A stretch of 64,000 nt of DNA from Rhodothermales bacterium (GTDB lineage Bacteria; Bacteroidota; Rhodothermia; Rhodothermales; BA12). The translations under genes and the position numbers were made by a program. The notes below the pieces were generated by a model that was not told where the DNA came from, did no database searches, and worked only from the letters and a program-made list of their open reading frames with translations. The DNA is taken from the NCBI GenBank assembly GCA_963740755.1, contig CAVUFJ010000011.1:80822-144821 (forward strand), given 5' to 3'. Positions 22,736 to 34,100 of the stretch are shown piece after piece. Positions within the stretch are counted from its first letter, which is position 1, and the number at the start of each line of letters is the position of its first letter.

Positions 22736-24568
22736 CTTCATCACGTCATCTTGTATCGCCTAACCATCTAGAAACATGGATGTAGTAACACAGAGCCTGC
22801 TTGGCGAATTTACTTCAAGCCAGAAGCTTGAAAATCTGGCCCAGTCTGATCAATTTGAGGCGTTTGTAAACTACATCGTTATATCAGACCTATACCCTGA
22901 AGAATTTGATTACAGTGTTGTGTCTACAGGCACGGGTGAGTTTGGTATTGATGGCATAGCAATAATCGTCAATGATTCAATCATAGATATGGCGAGGATC
23001 AGATGGATGATATTATATCGAATGTTCCTGTCATTCAGGCCCATTTTGTGTTTGTTCAGTCGAAAACAAGTGCATCTTTCGATGTTGGAGACATGTCTAA
23101 GTTTTTGTAGGCAGTAGTTGATTTTTTCAAGCAGGAAATATCTTTTAGCCAAACGACAAGATATTGGAGCTCCAGAGGGTCAAGAACAAGCTTTTTAAGA
23201 GCGCATCTAAGTTTGCCAGGGGGCTTCCTAAGATATCTCTATACTACGCCACTACTGGCACATGGAATGATGACCAAAATCTTTGTGCGACTAGAGATTT
23301 ATTTGTCGGTCAACTAAACAACCTTCACATATTTGAGTCGGTTAAGTTTTATCCGCTTGGGGCTAGCAAGGTGCAAAAGCTGTATTTTCAGACAAAGAAT
23401 GCATTCAGGGTGTCGATAAACTTTGCCCAGAATCTTTCACTGCCTGAAATACCTGGGGTCAGAGAGTCGTACATCGGACTCTGCCTGTATCTGAATACAT
23501 GAAAATGATTACAGATGAAGCAGGGAACGTAAGAAGAAGGCTATTTTTTGACAATATTAGGGATTTTCAGGGCGAAACCTCTGTAAATAAATCAATTAAG
23601 GAAACGCTTGTTTCACCAAACAGTATTGAGTTTCCACTGAGGAATAACGGTATTACCATAGTAGCACGCAAGCTCCAGAGGGTTGGGTCTCAGTTTACGT
23701 TAGAGGATTATCAAGTTGTAAATGGTTGTCAAACCAGTCATGTCATAGCGTCCACGGGAAAGAAAGATGATCATGATACCATGATACCCATAAAGATTAT
23801 ATCTACAGAAGACGAGGAGATCACAAGACAGGTGATAATTGCTTCTAACCAACAAAATAAGGTAGATCAGGAGAGTTTTTGGACCCTCGCTCCCATTCAT
23901 AAGTCAATTGAGGTATATTTTGATTCAAAGCCTGGCGACCACAAGCTGCATTACGAGAGGAGGCCAGGTCAATTCAATACATTGAACGGCATAGAAAAGG
24001 TTAGAATAGTTACCAAGGACTCACTATTGAAGGTTTATGCATCTGTATTTCTCGAGCAACCTAACCAGGTTGGTAGGTATTATAAAGACCTAACACCGCT
24101 TATTGGTAAAGAAATATTCTCCCCAGATCACGAGGTGAATTCGTATTATACAGCTGCTATACATAGCTTATAGACTGGAGTTTATGTTTCGCAATAAAAA
24201 AATGGATCCTGAATGGAAGCCTTTTAGATTCCAAATTATGATGGCAACTCGCCTCTTGATAGAGAAGGATTTGAAATTAGAACCTAAAAAAAGAGGTCAA
24301 AGCAATATTGTGCCGCAATAGATGCCGTAATGGTTGGACCCAGAGAAAGCACAAGCCGTTTTTGAGCGAGCAACAAGCTTGATCTCAAAGGCTATATCTC
24401 TGCTTAAGGATCAGGATGCTAAGCTTGACCGACGGACCGCTAAAATGCGAGACATGAGAGACAAACTCAGAGACGTTATATCTAAACAAGACACGCGATG
24501 ATTTTGTGTGTATCAACTAAGTGAATTCTTCACATTTATGCCAATATTGTCCCTCAGACGACGCTAGA
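22732..24568. mobile_element. Horizontally acquired low-GC island (~1.84 kb, roughly 35-40% GC by eye) carrying an abortive-infection gene; no integrase or transposase
   Basis: Abrupt composition change at both ends. Flanked by the metzincin 3' end on the left and a displaced DUF445 3' fragment on the right. Confidence 0.7.
22776..24173 (+). CDS. AIPR-family abortive infection (phage resistance) protein in three frameshifted pieces; it may continue in two further small ORFs to about 24490
   Basis: N-terminus FEAFVNYIVISDLYPEEFDY...GEFGIDGIAIIVND. AIPR-core motifs FFDNIRDFQG...NNGITIVA and QVVNGCQTSHVI. Pieces 22776-23117, 23164-23502 and 23499-24173. Confidence 0.6.
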
Positions 24569-24578
24569 ATCCGAGCGT

Positions 24579-24745
24579 TCACCCGAGCCAGGTGGTCAGC
24601 AGATAGAGGAGCGCGCCGACGAGACCGCCCACCAGCGTGCCGTTGATGCGGATCCACTGCGGACCTTGCCGACGGCGACTTCGATGCGGTCAGGCGACGG
24701 CCTCGGCGGGCCAGTGCTCGATCGTGTCGCGCATGCCCCTGCACG
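24579..24745 (-). pseudogene. Displaced, diverged fragment of a DUF445 gene 3' end (~85% identical to 25438-25610); it keeps the native stop codon
   Basis: Minus-strand translation ...[38 protein letters not shown] against ...[42 protein letters not shown] in the intact gene. Confidence 0.55.
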
Positions 24746-24821
24746 TAGCTCCAGTGTGTCCGGAACTCTCTCCGCCCCGAATTAACGTCGATGAGGCCTC
24801 CGTTTTACACATCCCGGATCG

Positions 24822-25035
24822 ATGCCTGCCGTTTTCGCGTATCGCCCAAATTTCAGGTCGTCATCCCTCGCCGCGTGCGGGAGGCGCTCCGCATCGAGCC
24901 TGGTCAGCAGGTCGAGGTCATCGCGCACGGCGACCGCATCGAACTCATCCCGGTGCGCCCCATCCAGCAGATGCGCGGTTTTCTGACGGGGCTAGACACC
25001 CTGAATTGGGCGGGAGCAAGACCAGGGCGCTATGA
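24822..25035 (+). CDS. vapB: AbrB/SpoVT-type antitoxin (VapB-like), frameshifted near its start
   Basis: VSPKFQVVIPRRVREALRIEPGQQVEVIAHGDRIELIPV swapped-hairpin motif. ATGA overlap with the next gene at 25032. Confidence 0.6.
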
Positions 25036-25460
25036 ACGTCGTCGATTCCTCCGGATGGCTCGAATACTTCGCCGGGAGCGCCCGGGCGGACTTTTTCGCC
25101 CCTGCCATTGAGGACACGGCAGCGCTCGTTGTGCCGGTGGATCACGCTTTATGAGGTGTACAAGCGCGTACGCCAGCAGCGCAGTGAGATTGAAGACGTT
25201 TACAGGCGGTCGGGGAAATGCAGCAAGGCCGTCTTGTCGATCTCGATAGGAGCCTCGCCCTACGGGCCGCCCAACTGAGTCTCGCGCATCGCCTCCCCAT
25301 GGCGGACAGCCTGATCTTGGCGACGGCGCGGGCCCTGGAGGCAGAACTCTGGACCCAAAACGCTCACTTCGAGGGACTCGCCGGGGACGATATCAGCGTA
25401 AAGCGTGAGCCGCAAGCTCGCGCGGACGCCGTGCAGCCGAGCCAGGTGGTGAGCAGGTAG
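25032..25460 (+). CDS. vapC: PIN-domain toxin (VapC-like) with two frameshifts; its 3' end overlaps the DUF445 gene convergently
   Basis: [35 protein letters not shown]...YEVYKRV...[49 protein letters not shown]. Confidence 0.65.
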
Positions 25461-26637
25461 AGGAGGGCGCCGACGAGGCCGCCCACGAGGGTGCCGTTGA
25501 TGCGGATCCACTGGAGGTCTTTGCCGACGGCCACCTCGATGCGGTCCGAGACCGGCTTCAGCGGGCCAGCGCTCGATGGTGTCGCGGATGAGGTCGGGGA
25601 TGCGCTGCCCGTGCTCTTGGATGGCCCACGCGGCGGCGGCGGCCACCTTCTCGTTGACGGCGTGCTGGAACGCCTCGTCTTCGAGCATCGAGCGGCCGAA
25701 CTCCACGCCGCGCGCTTCGAGAAAGCCGAAGATGGCCGAGTCCTCGTCGTGCAGGTCGCGCACGAGAAAGCCCTTGAAGTCGCCCCAGCGCTCGACGGCG
25801 AAGTCGCGCAGGGCCGGGTTTTCGAGCACGCGGTCGCGGAGGGCGTCCACCTTGGCCTGCATGGCCGGGTCGTGGTCGAGGCGCTCCAGGAATTCCTGCA
25901 CGCGCTCGTGGATGCGCACGCGCAGCGGGTTCTCGCGGTCGGAGAGCATCGCCTGGATCGTGGTGTCGATCTTGCCCATCACGGCGTCGGTGACGAGGTC
26001 GGCGGCGAAGACGGCGATGAGGCTCGGCATCTGCGCGCGCACGACGTCGTAGATGGCGTCGCGGTTGGCGGCGGCCACGCTCGCGGCGCCCTGGAGCACC
26101 TCGTCGAGCAGGTCTTCGTGCTGCCCGTCGCGCGCGAGGCCGAGGAGCAGGTCGGAGAGCTTGGGCGCCAGGGCGACCTCCCGGAGGCGCGGGATCACCT
26201 CGCGGTCCGAGAACTCGCGGATGCGCCCGTCCGAGAGGCCGTCCACCGCCCCTTCGATCATCCCCACGATGCGCGTGCGCAGGCTTCGCACGTGCCCCGG
26301 CGTTTCGAGCCAGCGCCCGGCGATCTCGGCGAAGTTGATCCGCTCGATGCGCGGCAGCACGTTCTCGGGCGTCAGAAACTGCCCGCCCGACGAAGTTGCC
26401 GAGCGCGTTGCCGAGGCGGGCCTTGCGCTCGGGGATGATGGCCGTGTGGGGGATCGGCACGCCGAGCGGGTGCCGGAAGAGCGCCGTGACGGCGAACCAG
26501 TCGGCGAGGGCGCCCACCATGGAGGCCTCGAAGAAGGCGGCGAAGAGGCCCGTCCAGAAGTTGCGGGGCAGGGCAAAGTGGCACACGAGAAAGCCCACCG
26601 CCGCCGCCACGAGAAACCCGAGCGCGATGCGCTTCAT
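25438..26637 (-). CDS. DUF445-family membrane protein (YjiN-like) with at least two frameshifts; the stop codon is missing, so the ORF reads about 23 codons into antisense vapC
   Basis: [24 protein letters not shown]...[20 protein letters not shown]...[10 protein letters not shown]. One extra G at 26393. ...[28 protein letters not shown] with no stop after it. Confidence 0.6.
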
Positions 26638-26980
26638 CCGGCGGAGCGCCGCGCGCTTGTCCTGCTCGTCGCGCAGCTGGGGGAGCGGCGGCTGCCATGC
26701 CGGTCCGTTGCCGACAGCGCGGCACGGGCTCCGGCGCGGGGGGCGGGGCCGTGCGCGCGTGGGCGTACGTCGCGGGCGGCAGGGCCAGCGGGGCGACAGG
26801 CAGGGCGCCGGCCGGGGCGTCGGGCAGCGCTGTGGGGGTGAGCGGGGGCTCCATAGGGGTCGGGACGGCCTTGCAGGATTCGCGGCGCGGCAGGCGTTTG
26901 TTTCGGGCAGACGGAAGGGGTACATCCGTGGACCCCGGCGCCGAGGCCTGTTGTAGCAGCCCGGTCTGCCTTGCCCTGCC

Positions 26981-27844
26981 ATGCTGCGCCTCTGCCTTGC
27001 CCTGCTGCTGCTTGCCCCGCTCACGGCCTGCCAGCGGACCCCCGCGCCCGCCCCGCCGGGCCCCCAGGCGGCGGCCGTGGATTCGGTCGCCGCTGCTCCC
27101 ACGCTCCGCCACGACGCGCCCCTCGACTCGGTCTTCGCGGGCGTGCCGGGCGCGTTCATCGTCCTCGATGCGGCCCGCCACGACACGCTCCGCTACGGCG
27201 ACACCGAGGGCCGGACGCTTCCGGCGAGCACCTACAAGATCCCGCACACGCTCCTCGCCCTCGAAAGCGGGATCGCCCCGGACACGAACCTCGCCATCGC
27301 CTACGACCGCCGCCGCGATCCGCGCCAGCGCACCTGGCCCGCCGGATGGGCGCAGGACCAGACGCTCGGCACCGCCTTCCGCCGCTCGGTGGTGTGGTAC
27401 TACCAGGAACTCGCCCGCCGCATCGGGCGCGATCCGGCGCAGCACTGGCTCGACACGCTCGGCTACGGCTCGAAGACGATGGGGCCGGAGGTGGACCGCT
27501 ACTGGCTGGACAACAGCCTGCAGATCTCGCCGGAGGAGCAGGTGGCCTTGCTCGACCGGCTCTTTCAGCACCGCCTGCCCGCCACGGAAGCGCACCAGGA
27601 CGTGGTAATCACCTTCATGAAGCTCGACGCCGGGCCCGACTGGACGGTCTACGGCAAAACCGGCACCGGCGATGATGAGGCGGGCGCACCGGTGCAGTGG
27701 CTCGTCGGCGCGGCGCAGCGCGGCGCGGCCGTATACCCCTATGCGCTCCGCGTACGGCCCGGCGCGGGCAAGGCGGGCTGGGACCGCCCCGAGCGCCTCG
27801 CCCGCGTGGAGCGTCTGCTGCGCGCGGCGGGGGTGCTGCCGTAA
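26981..27844 (+). CDS. Class D (OXA-like) beta-lactamase lipoprotein
   Basis: Lipobox [16 protein letters not shown] (S-x-x-K), YGKTGTG (K-T-G), W...QISPEEQ. Intact 287 aa. Confidence 0.8.
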   Translation: MLRLCLALLLLAPLTACQRTPAPAPPGPQAAAVDSVAAAPTLRHDAPLDSVFAGVPGAFIVLDAARHDTLRYGDTEGRTLPASTYKIPHTLLALESGIAPDTNLAIAYDRRRDPRQRTWPAGWAQDQTLGTAFRRSVVWYYQELARRIGRDPAQHWLDTLGYGSKTMGPEVDRYWLDNSLQISPEEQVALLDRLFQHRLPATEAHQDVVITFMKLDAGPDWTVYGKTGTGDDEAGAPVQWLVGAAQRGAAVYPYALRVRPGAGKAGWDRPERLARVERLLRAAGVLP

Positions 27845-27982
27845 GCCGCCCCCGAATGCCTGGCTGAACGGGCTCGGTTTCCGTCCCCTTCGCCTGCGAA
27901 GGGGGCAGACGCGCCAGCGTCGGGGGATGCCACAAGCAGGGCCGCGCCGGGTTACTTTGGGGCCTGATCCTTCGCGTCCCCC

Positions 27983-30438
27983 ATGCGCCGTTTGCTTCTG
28001 CTTGCGCTCCTCGCGCTCCTCGCGCCCCTCGCCTCTCCGGCCCTGCGCGCCCAGCCCCGTCCGAGCGACGGCCGGCCGGCGCTCACCGTCGCCCAGATCA
28101 TGCAGTTGGGCGAAGAGCTGCGGCGCGGCCTGCCCACGCCCCTCGGCTGGGACGAGCGCGGCGACTACTTCTACTTCAACTGGAATCCCGCCGGAGACCG
28201 CGCCGCGAACGCCGGGGGCAGTGCCTTTGCCGACTCGCTCTACCGCGTCGCCCGCACCGGGAGCACGCCCGAGAAGGCGCCGGCGCTCCTCCAGCGGCGC
28301 GGCGTCGAGACGTTCGACGGGTGGCATCCGGGCGAGTTCGTCTACACGCGCGACCGGCAGCGCAAGGTGGATGTGCGGGGCGGCGACGTGGTGCTCATCG
28401 ACCGGCAGACGGGCGCCGAAACGTTTCTGACCCGCACGAGCGCCGCCGAGCGCGGGGCCCGCTTTACGCCGGACGATGCGGCAGTAGTCTACCGGCAGGG
28501 CGACAACCTCTTCCGCCACAGCCTCACGAGCGGCGCCGTCGTGCAGCTCACCGACTTCCGCAGCGGCAACGCCCCGGCCCCGCCGCGTCCGGGCGAGGCG
28601 CAGGCCTACCTCGACCGGCAGCAGCAGCAGCTCTTCGGCGTCCTCCGCGACCGCCGGGCCCGCGCCACCGCCCGCGACTCCTCGGCCGCCTGGCAGCGCC
28701 GCGCGGACGCCGCGCCGAAGACGATCTACCTCGGCGGCAAGACCCTCGGCGCCCTCGCGCTCGACCCGTCCGGGCGCTATGTCTCCTACACGCTGACGCC
28801 CGCCGCCTCCGGCCCCACGAGCAGCACGCTCGTGCCGGCGTGGGTCACCGAGAGCGGGGCGGTGGAAAACCTGACCTCCCGCTCGAAGGTGGGCGTGCAG
28901 CCGTTTGCCGCGCCCGAACTCTACGTGCTCGACATCGCCGCCGACACCGCGCGCCGCGTAGACCTTTTCGCGCTTCCCGGCACGTCCGACAAGCCGGCCT
29001 TTCGCCGCGCCCTCGGCGACACCGCCCGCGCCCGCCGCCCGCTCTTTGCCTTCGGGCCGTCGTGGCGCCCGGACGGGCGCTACGCCGTCGTGGAGGTGCG
29101 CAGCTACGACAACAAGACGCGCTGGCTCGCCCGCCTCGACCCCGCCACCGCGCGCCTGACGCCGCTCGACGTGCAGCAGGACGACGCGTGGATTCAGGGC
29201 CCCGGCATCGGCTTTGGCTCAACCGGCTGGCTCTCCGACGGCCAGACGTTCTGGTTTCAATCCGAGAAGACGGGCTACTCGCACCTCTACACGGTAGACG
29301 TGGAGACGGGCGCCGTGCGGCCGCTCACGAGCGGCAACTTCGAGGTGTCGAATCCGCGCCTCTCGCGCGACGGGCAGCAGTGGCGCTTCAACTCGTCCGA
29401 GCTGACGCCTGCCGAGACGCACCTCTACACGATGCCGGTCGGCGGCGGCGCCCGCACGCGCGTCACCACGCTCGCCGGGCAGAGCAGCGCCTTCGACGAT
29501 CCGCGCGAGGAGATGCTCGGCTTCGCGTTCGGACAGGCCAACCAGCCCACCGAGATCTACCTCGCCCGGCGGGGCGGGGCGCCCGTGCGCGTCACGAGCA
29601 GCACGAGCGCGGCGTTCCGGCGTACCCGTGGCGCGACGCCGAGATCATCCAGGTGCCCGCCTCCGATGGCCTGTCGGTGCCCGCGCGCATCTACCGGCCC
29701 CCGGCAGGCGTGACCCCCAACGGCGCGGCGGTGCTGTTCGTGCACGGCGCGGGGTACCTCCAGAACGTCCACCGTGGCTGGAGCACGTACTACCGCGAGT
29801 ACATGTTTCACAACCTGCTCGCCGACCGGGGCTACACCGTGCTCGACCTCGACTACCGCGCCTCGTCCGGCTACGGGCGCGACTGGCGCACGGCCGTCTA
29901 CCGCTTTATGGGCGGGCGCGACCTGCAGGACTACGTGGACGCGAGCCGCTACGTGAACGCCGAACTGGGCATCGACCCGAACCGCGTGTTCATCTACGGC
30001 GGCTCCTATGGGGGCTTCATCACGCTCATGGCGCTCTTCACCGCCCCCGAGCACTTCGGCGGCGGCGCGGCCCTCCGCTCGGTGACGGACTGGGCGCACT
30101 ACAACCACGGCTACACGGCCAACATCCTCAACATGCCCGCGCAGGACACGCTCGCGTTTCGGCAGTCGTCGCCCATCTACCACGCCGAGGGCTACAAGGG
30201 CAACCCGCTGCTCATCGCCCACGGCCTCGTGGACACGAACGTGGAGGTGCAGGACGTCATCCGCCTCTCGCAGCGTTTGATCGAGCTCGGCAAGACGGGC
30301 TGGGAGATGGCGCTCTACCCGGTCGAGGACCACGGCTTCGTGGAGCAAAGCTCGTGGACGCGACGAGTACCGCCGCATCCTCAAGACGATTGAGGAGAGC
30401 GTTGGCCCCGAGCGGCGGTTGCGCGTGTGGCCGGAGTA
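27983..30438 (+). CDS. S9-family serine peptidase (dipeptidyl aminopeptidase IV / prolyl oligopeptidase-like) with two frameshifts
   Basis: Signal peptide, beta-propeller region, catalytic domain [10 protein letters not shown] (Ser), ...DTNVEV (Asp), ...EDHGF (His). Frame breaks at about 29620 and 30358. Confidence 0.8.
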
Positions 30439-30442
30439 GCCG

Positions 30443-31138
30443 TCAGCGCTCTGGGAGGGTGCCGGTGGCGAGGAACGCGCGCACGAGCCGCTGCACCCGC
30501 GGCTGGAGCATCAGGAACGTGTGGCGGCCCGGCACGAGCACGAACGCGGCACCGTCGAGGCGGGCTTCCTCGGGGCGCACCTTGCCGTCGCGCGTGCCGG
30601 CGATGACCGCCATCTCGACGCCGGTGGGCACGGGCAGCGTGCGCACGGTGCTGCCGGTCGTGCGAAGCTCGCGGAGGGGCTTGAGGAGCCAGCCCGCGTA
30701 GGGCGCGAGCCGGTCGGCCTTGGCGGCGCCCTGGTTGGGCGGGGCGAGCATCACCACCCGCCCGAGGCGCGCGGGGCGGTCGTGCGCAAGCAGGTACCGC
30801 ACCACGATGCCGCCGAGGCTGTGCGTGACGAAGTGGACGCGCGGGGCAGCCTCTTCGGCGAGCGCCCGGTCTACCGCCCGGCCCACCTGCGCGCTGATCT
30901 CTGCGATGCTTGGTCCGTAGGAACTGTAGCCGACGTTGCGCACCCGGTAGCCGTCGCGCTCCAGCATCCGTTGCAGCGGCAGCATCGACAGGGACGTGCG
31001 GCCCATCCCATGCACGAGCACGACAAGGTCGCGCGGCGGCGTGGTCACGCGCGGGCGGGCGGACGTGGGGGCGAGGTGCGCGCAGCCCAGCGCGCCCAGG
31101 AGGAGCAAACCCGGCAGAAGCGCAGCGGAAACGTGCAT
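30443..31138 (-). CDS. Secreted alpha/beta hydrolase, lipase-like
   Basis: MHVSAALLPGLLLLGALGC. HGMGRT...VHFVTHSLGG (G-x-S-x-G nucleophile elbow). Confidence 0.65.
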   Translation of the reverse strand: MHVSAALLPGLLLLGALGCAHLAPTSARPRVTTPPRDLVVLVHGMGRTSLSMLPLQRMLERDGYRVRNVGYSSYGPSIAEISAQVGRAVDRALAEEAAPRVHFVTHSLGGIVVRYLLAHDRPARLGRVVMLAPPNQGAAKADRLAPYAGWLLKPLRELRTTGSTVRTLPVPTGVEMAVIAGTRDGKVRPEEARLDGAAFVLVPGRHTFLMLQPRVQRLVRAFLATGTLPER

Positions 31139-31166
31139 CACCAGAGGAGGCCGGGGCGTGGGCGCG

Positions 31167-31373
31167 TAGGGGCAAAGCATCCGCTGTGCGGCCACCGGCC
31201 TCCGCAGCGCTCCGCTCATGGCAACGGTGCCGCGCAATGCCCCGCCCGGATGCTTCGCCCGCACCGCCCGGCATGGTGGGCAAAGCATCGGGGTGGGGCC
31301 ACGGGCAGAGGCGTTGCCGCAGGTGGGGGCGGGGCCGCGGGCAGGGGCTTCACAGCGGATGCTTTGCCCCTAC
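31167..31373. repeat. GC-rich nested-palindrome element, copy 1. The outer inverted repeat is GTAGGGGCAAAGCATCCGCTGTG paired with CACAGCGGATGCTTTGCCCCTAC.
   Basis: Direct reading. The related copy is at 52140-52350. Confidence 0.75.
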
Positions 31374-31392
31374 GGATGGCGTCTTGGGGCGC

Positions 31393-32632
<1,240 letters not shown>

Positions 32633-32751
32633 GGGGAAGAAGGAGGGATGGGAACAGGCGGGCCTACGGAGCCGCCGGCGCCGGGATGCAAAAAAACAGA
32701 CGACGCCCGAACAGATAGGCGCAGGTTTTCAAACGGGTTAGGGGCGCCGCG

Positions 32752-33378
32752 TCAACGCACGCGTGGGGCGAGCGGCAGGGCGGCGGAATCGTCCACGCGC
32801 ACGACCTCGGCGGTGCGCCCGTCCATGCGCACGACCACCACCTCGTCGCCGCGCGCAAAGCCGTCTACGCCTTCGAGGGCGCGCGCCGGCAGCAGCACGC
32901 GCTGCCCCTTGCTCACGAGCAGCACCTGCCCCCGTGCGGCGCCTTCAAACGGCAGCTCGACGCGCGCCGTGCTTCCGACCAGGTCGGCGTTCGTGATCGT
33001 GCTCGACACCCGCTCCTGCCCGAAGCGCCGCAGCGTATAGGTGCCGCCCATCCCGACGAGCGTGCCCACGAGCGCGGCGGCCAGGGCTGTGAACGGCTCG
33101 CCCTCGTGGGCGACGTAGTGGAGGGTGAGCCCGGTGAGCCCGAAGAACGCGGCGAAGAGAAACAGGAAGCGGAGCGAGAGCAGGTCCGCAAGGCCCGGGG
33201 CGGTGCCGCCTGTGGCGTCGCCGGTAGCATGAGCGGCAGTGTCGGCCCCGACGTCACCGCCCGCCGTGTGGTCGAAGCCCGCATCGGCGGAGGCGTCGGC
33301 GTTGTGGCCGCCGCCGAAGAGCGAGAGCGCGACGAACACGCCGCCCACGAGAAAGGCGATGAGGTAGAGGGTGTCCAT
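32752..33378 (-). CDS. NfeD-like membrane protein, paired with the flotillin
   Basis: N-terminal TMs, C-terminal OB-fold-like ...GQVLLVSKGQRVLLPARALEGVDGFARGDEVVVVRMDGRTAEVVRV. Confidence 0.65.
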   Translation of the reverse strand: MDTLYLIAFLVGGVFVALSLFGGGHNADASADAGFDHTAGGDVGADTAAHATGDATGGTAPGLADLLSLRFLFLFAAFFGLTGLTLHYVAHEGEPFTALAAALVGTLVGMGGTYTLRRFGQERVSSTITNADLVGSTARVELPFEGAARGQVLLVSKGQRVLLPARALEGVDGFARGDEVVVVRMDGRTAEVVRVDDSAALPLAPRVR

Positions 33379-33419
33379 GGCAGCAGGAGGTCCCGGAGTT
33401 TACGCCCCGGCGTCCGTGC

Positions 33420-34100
33420 TTACCAGCCTTTGCGCTTTTGGCTGCGTCCGTGCCCCTTGCCGCCATGCCCCTTGCTGTGTTTCGCGGGGGCCCGCCGCGT
33501 GGTCGTCGCCGGACGCGGGGTGGGCGTCCGGGCGGGCGTCACGGTGCGCGGGCGGCTCGGCGTCGGGGCGGGCGCGGCGCGGGCCACCGGCGTTGCGGCG
33601 TCGCTCGGGGCTGCGGTGACGCTCGGCGGGGCGGTGGCGTCGCCGAGCGTGTCGGCGCGAATGGCGGCGTAGGCCTCGGGGCGCCACACGTTCATCGCCA
33701 TCGTGTAGAAGAGGACGGTGCCGAGCGGCAGGCCGGTCGTCGGGGCGTCCCAGGCCGCGCCGGGCGCATCCGGGGCCCGCGCCTCGATGGGCAGGGGCGC
33801 GGCTGCCACGCGGGCGCGGAGCGAGTCGGGCACGTCGAGGCGCGCGGCAAAGGCATCCGGGGTGGTGAGGCGTTCGGTGGTGCTGTCGAGGTGGTGGATC
33901 ACGACGACGGTGGCCGAGTCCACGAGCAGCTCGCGTGCGATCACGTAGCGATCCGGGCGGATCTCCTCCACCGTCGAGCGCACGCCCTGCGCGCCTGGGA
34001 TCGGGGTCTGCCGGGCTGCGGTGCGTCGCTCTCCACACCCCCCTATCATCAGCCCCAGCAGGAGGGCGCCGAGGGCGGCAGAGCGTCGGAAAGGCAACAT
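33420..34100 (-). CDS. Hypothetical lipoprotein with a Pro/Thr/Ala-rich C-terminus
   Basis: LLGLMIGGCG lipobox. No recognised domain. Confidence 0.4.
   Translation of the reverse strand: MLPFRRSAALGALLLGLMIGGCGERRTAARQTPIPGAQGVRSTVEEIRPDRYVIARELLVDSATVVVIHHLDSTTERLTTPDAFAARLDVPDSLRARVAAAPLPIEARAPDAPGAAWDAPTTGLPLGTVLFYTMAMNVWRPEAYAAIRADTLGDATAPPSVTAAPSDAATPVARAAPAPTPSRPRTVTPARTPTPRPATTTRRAPAKHSKGHGGKGHGRSQKRKGW

Noticed and set aside
22732-24568. Low-GC island as a prophage, IS element or integron cassette
   Set aside because: No integrase, transposase, terminal inverted repeats, attC-like site or structural phage genes are present. The whole island is accounted for by one AIPR-type gene.
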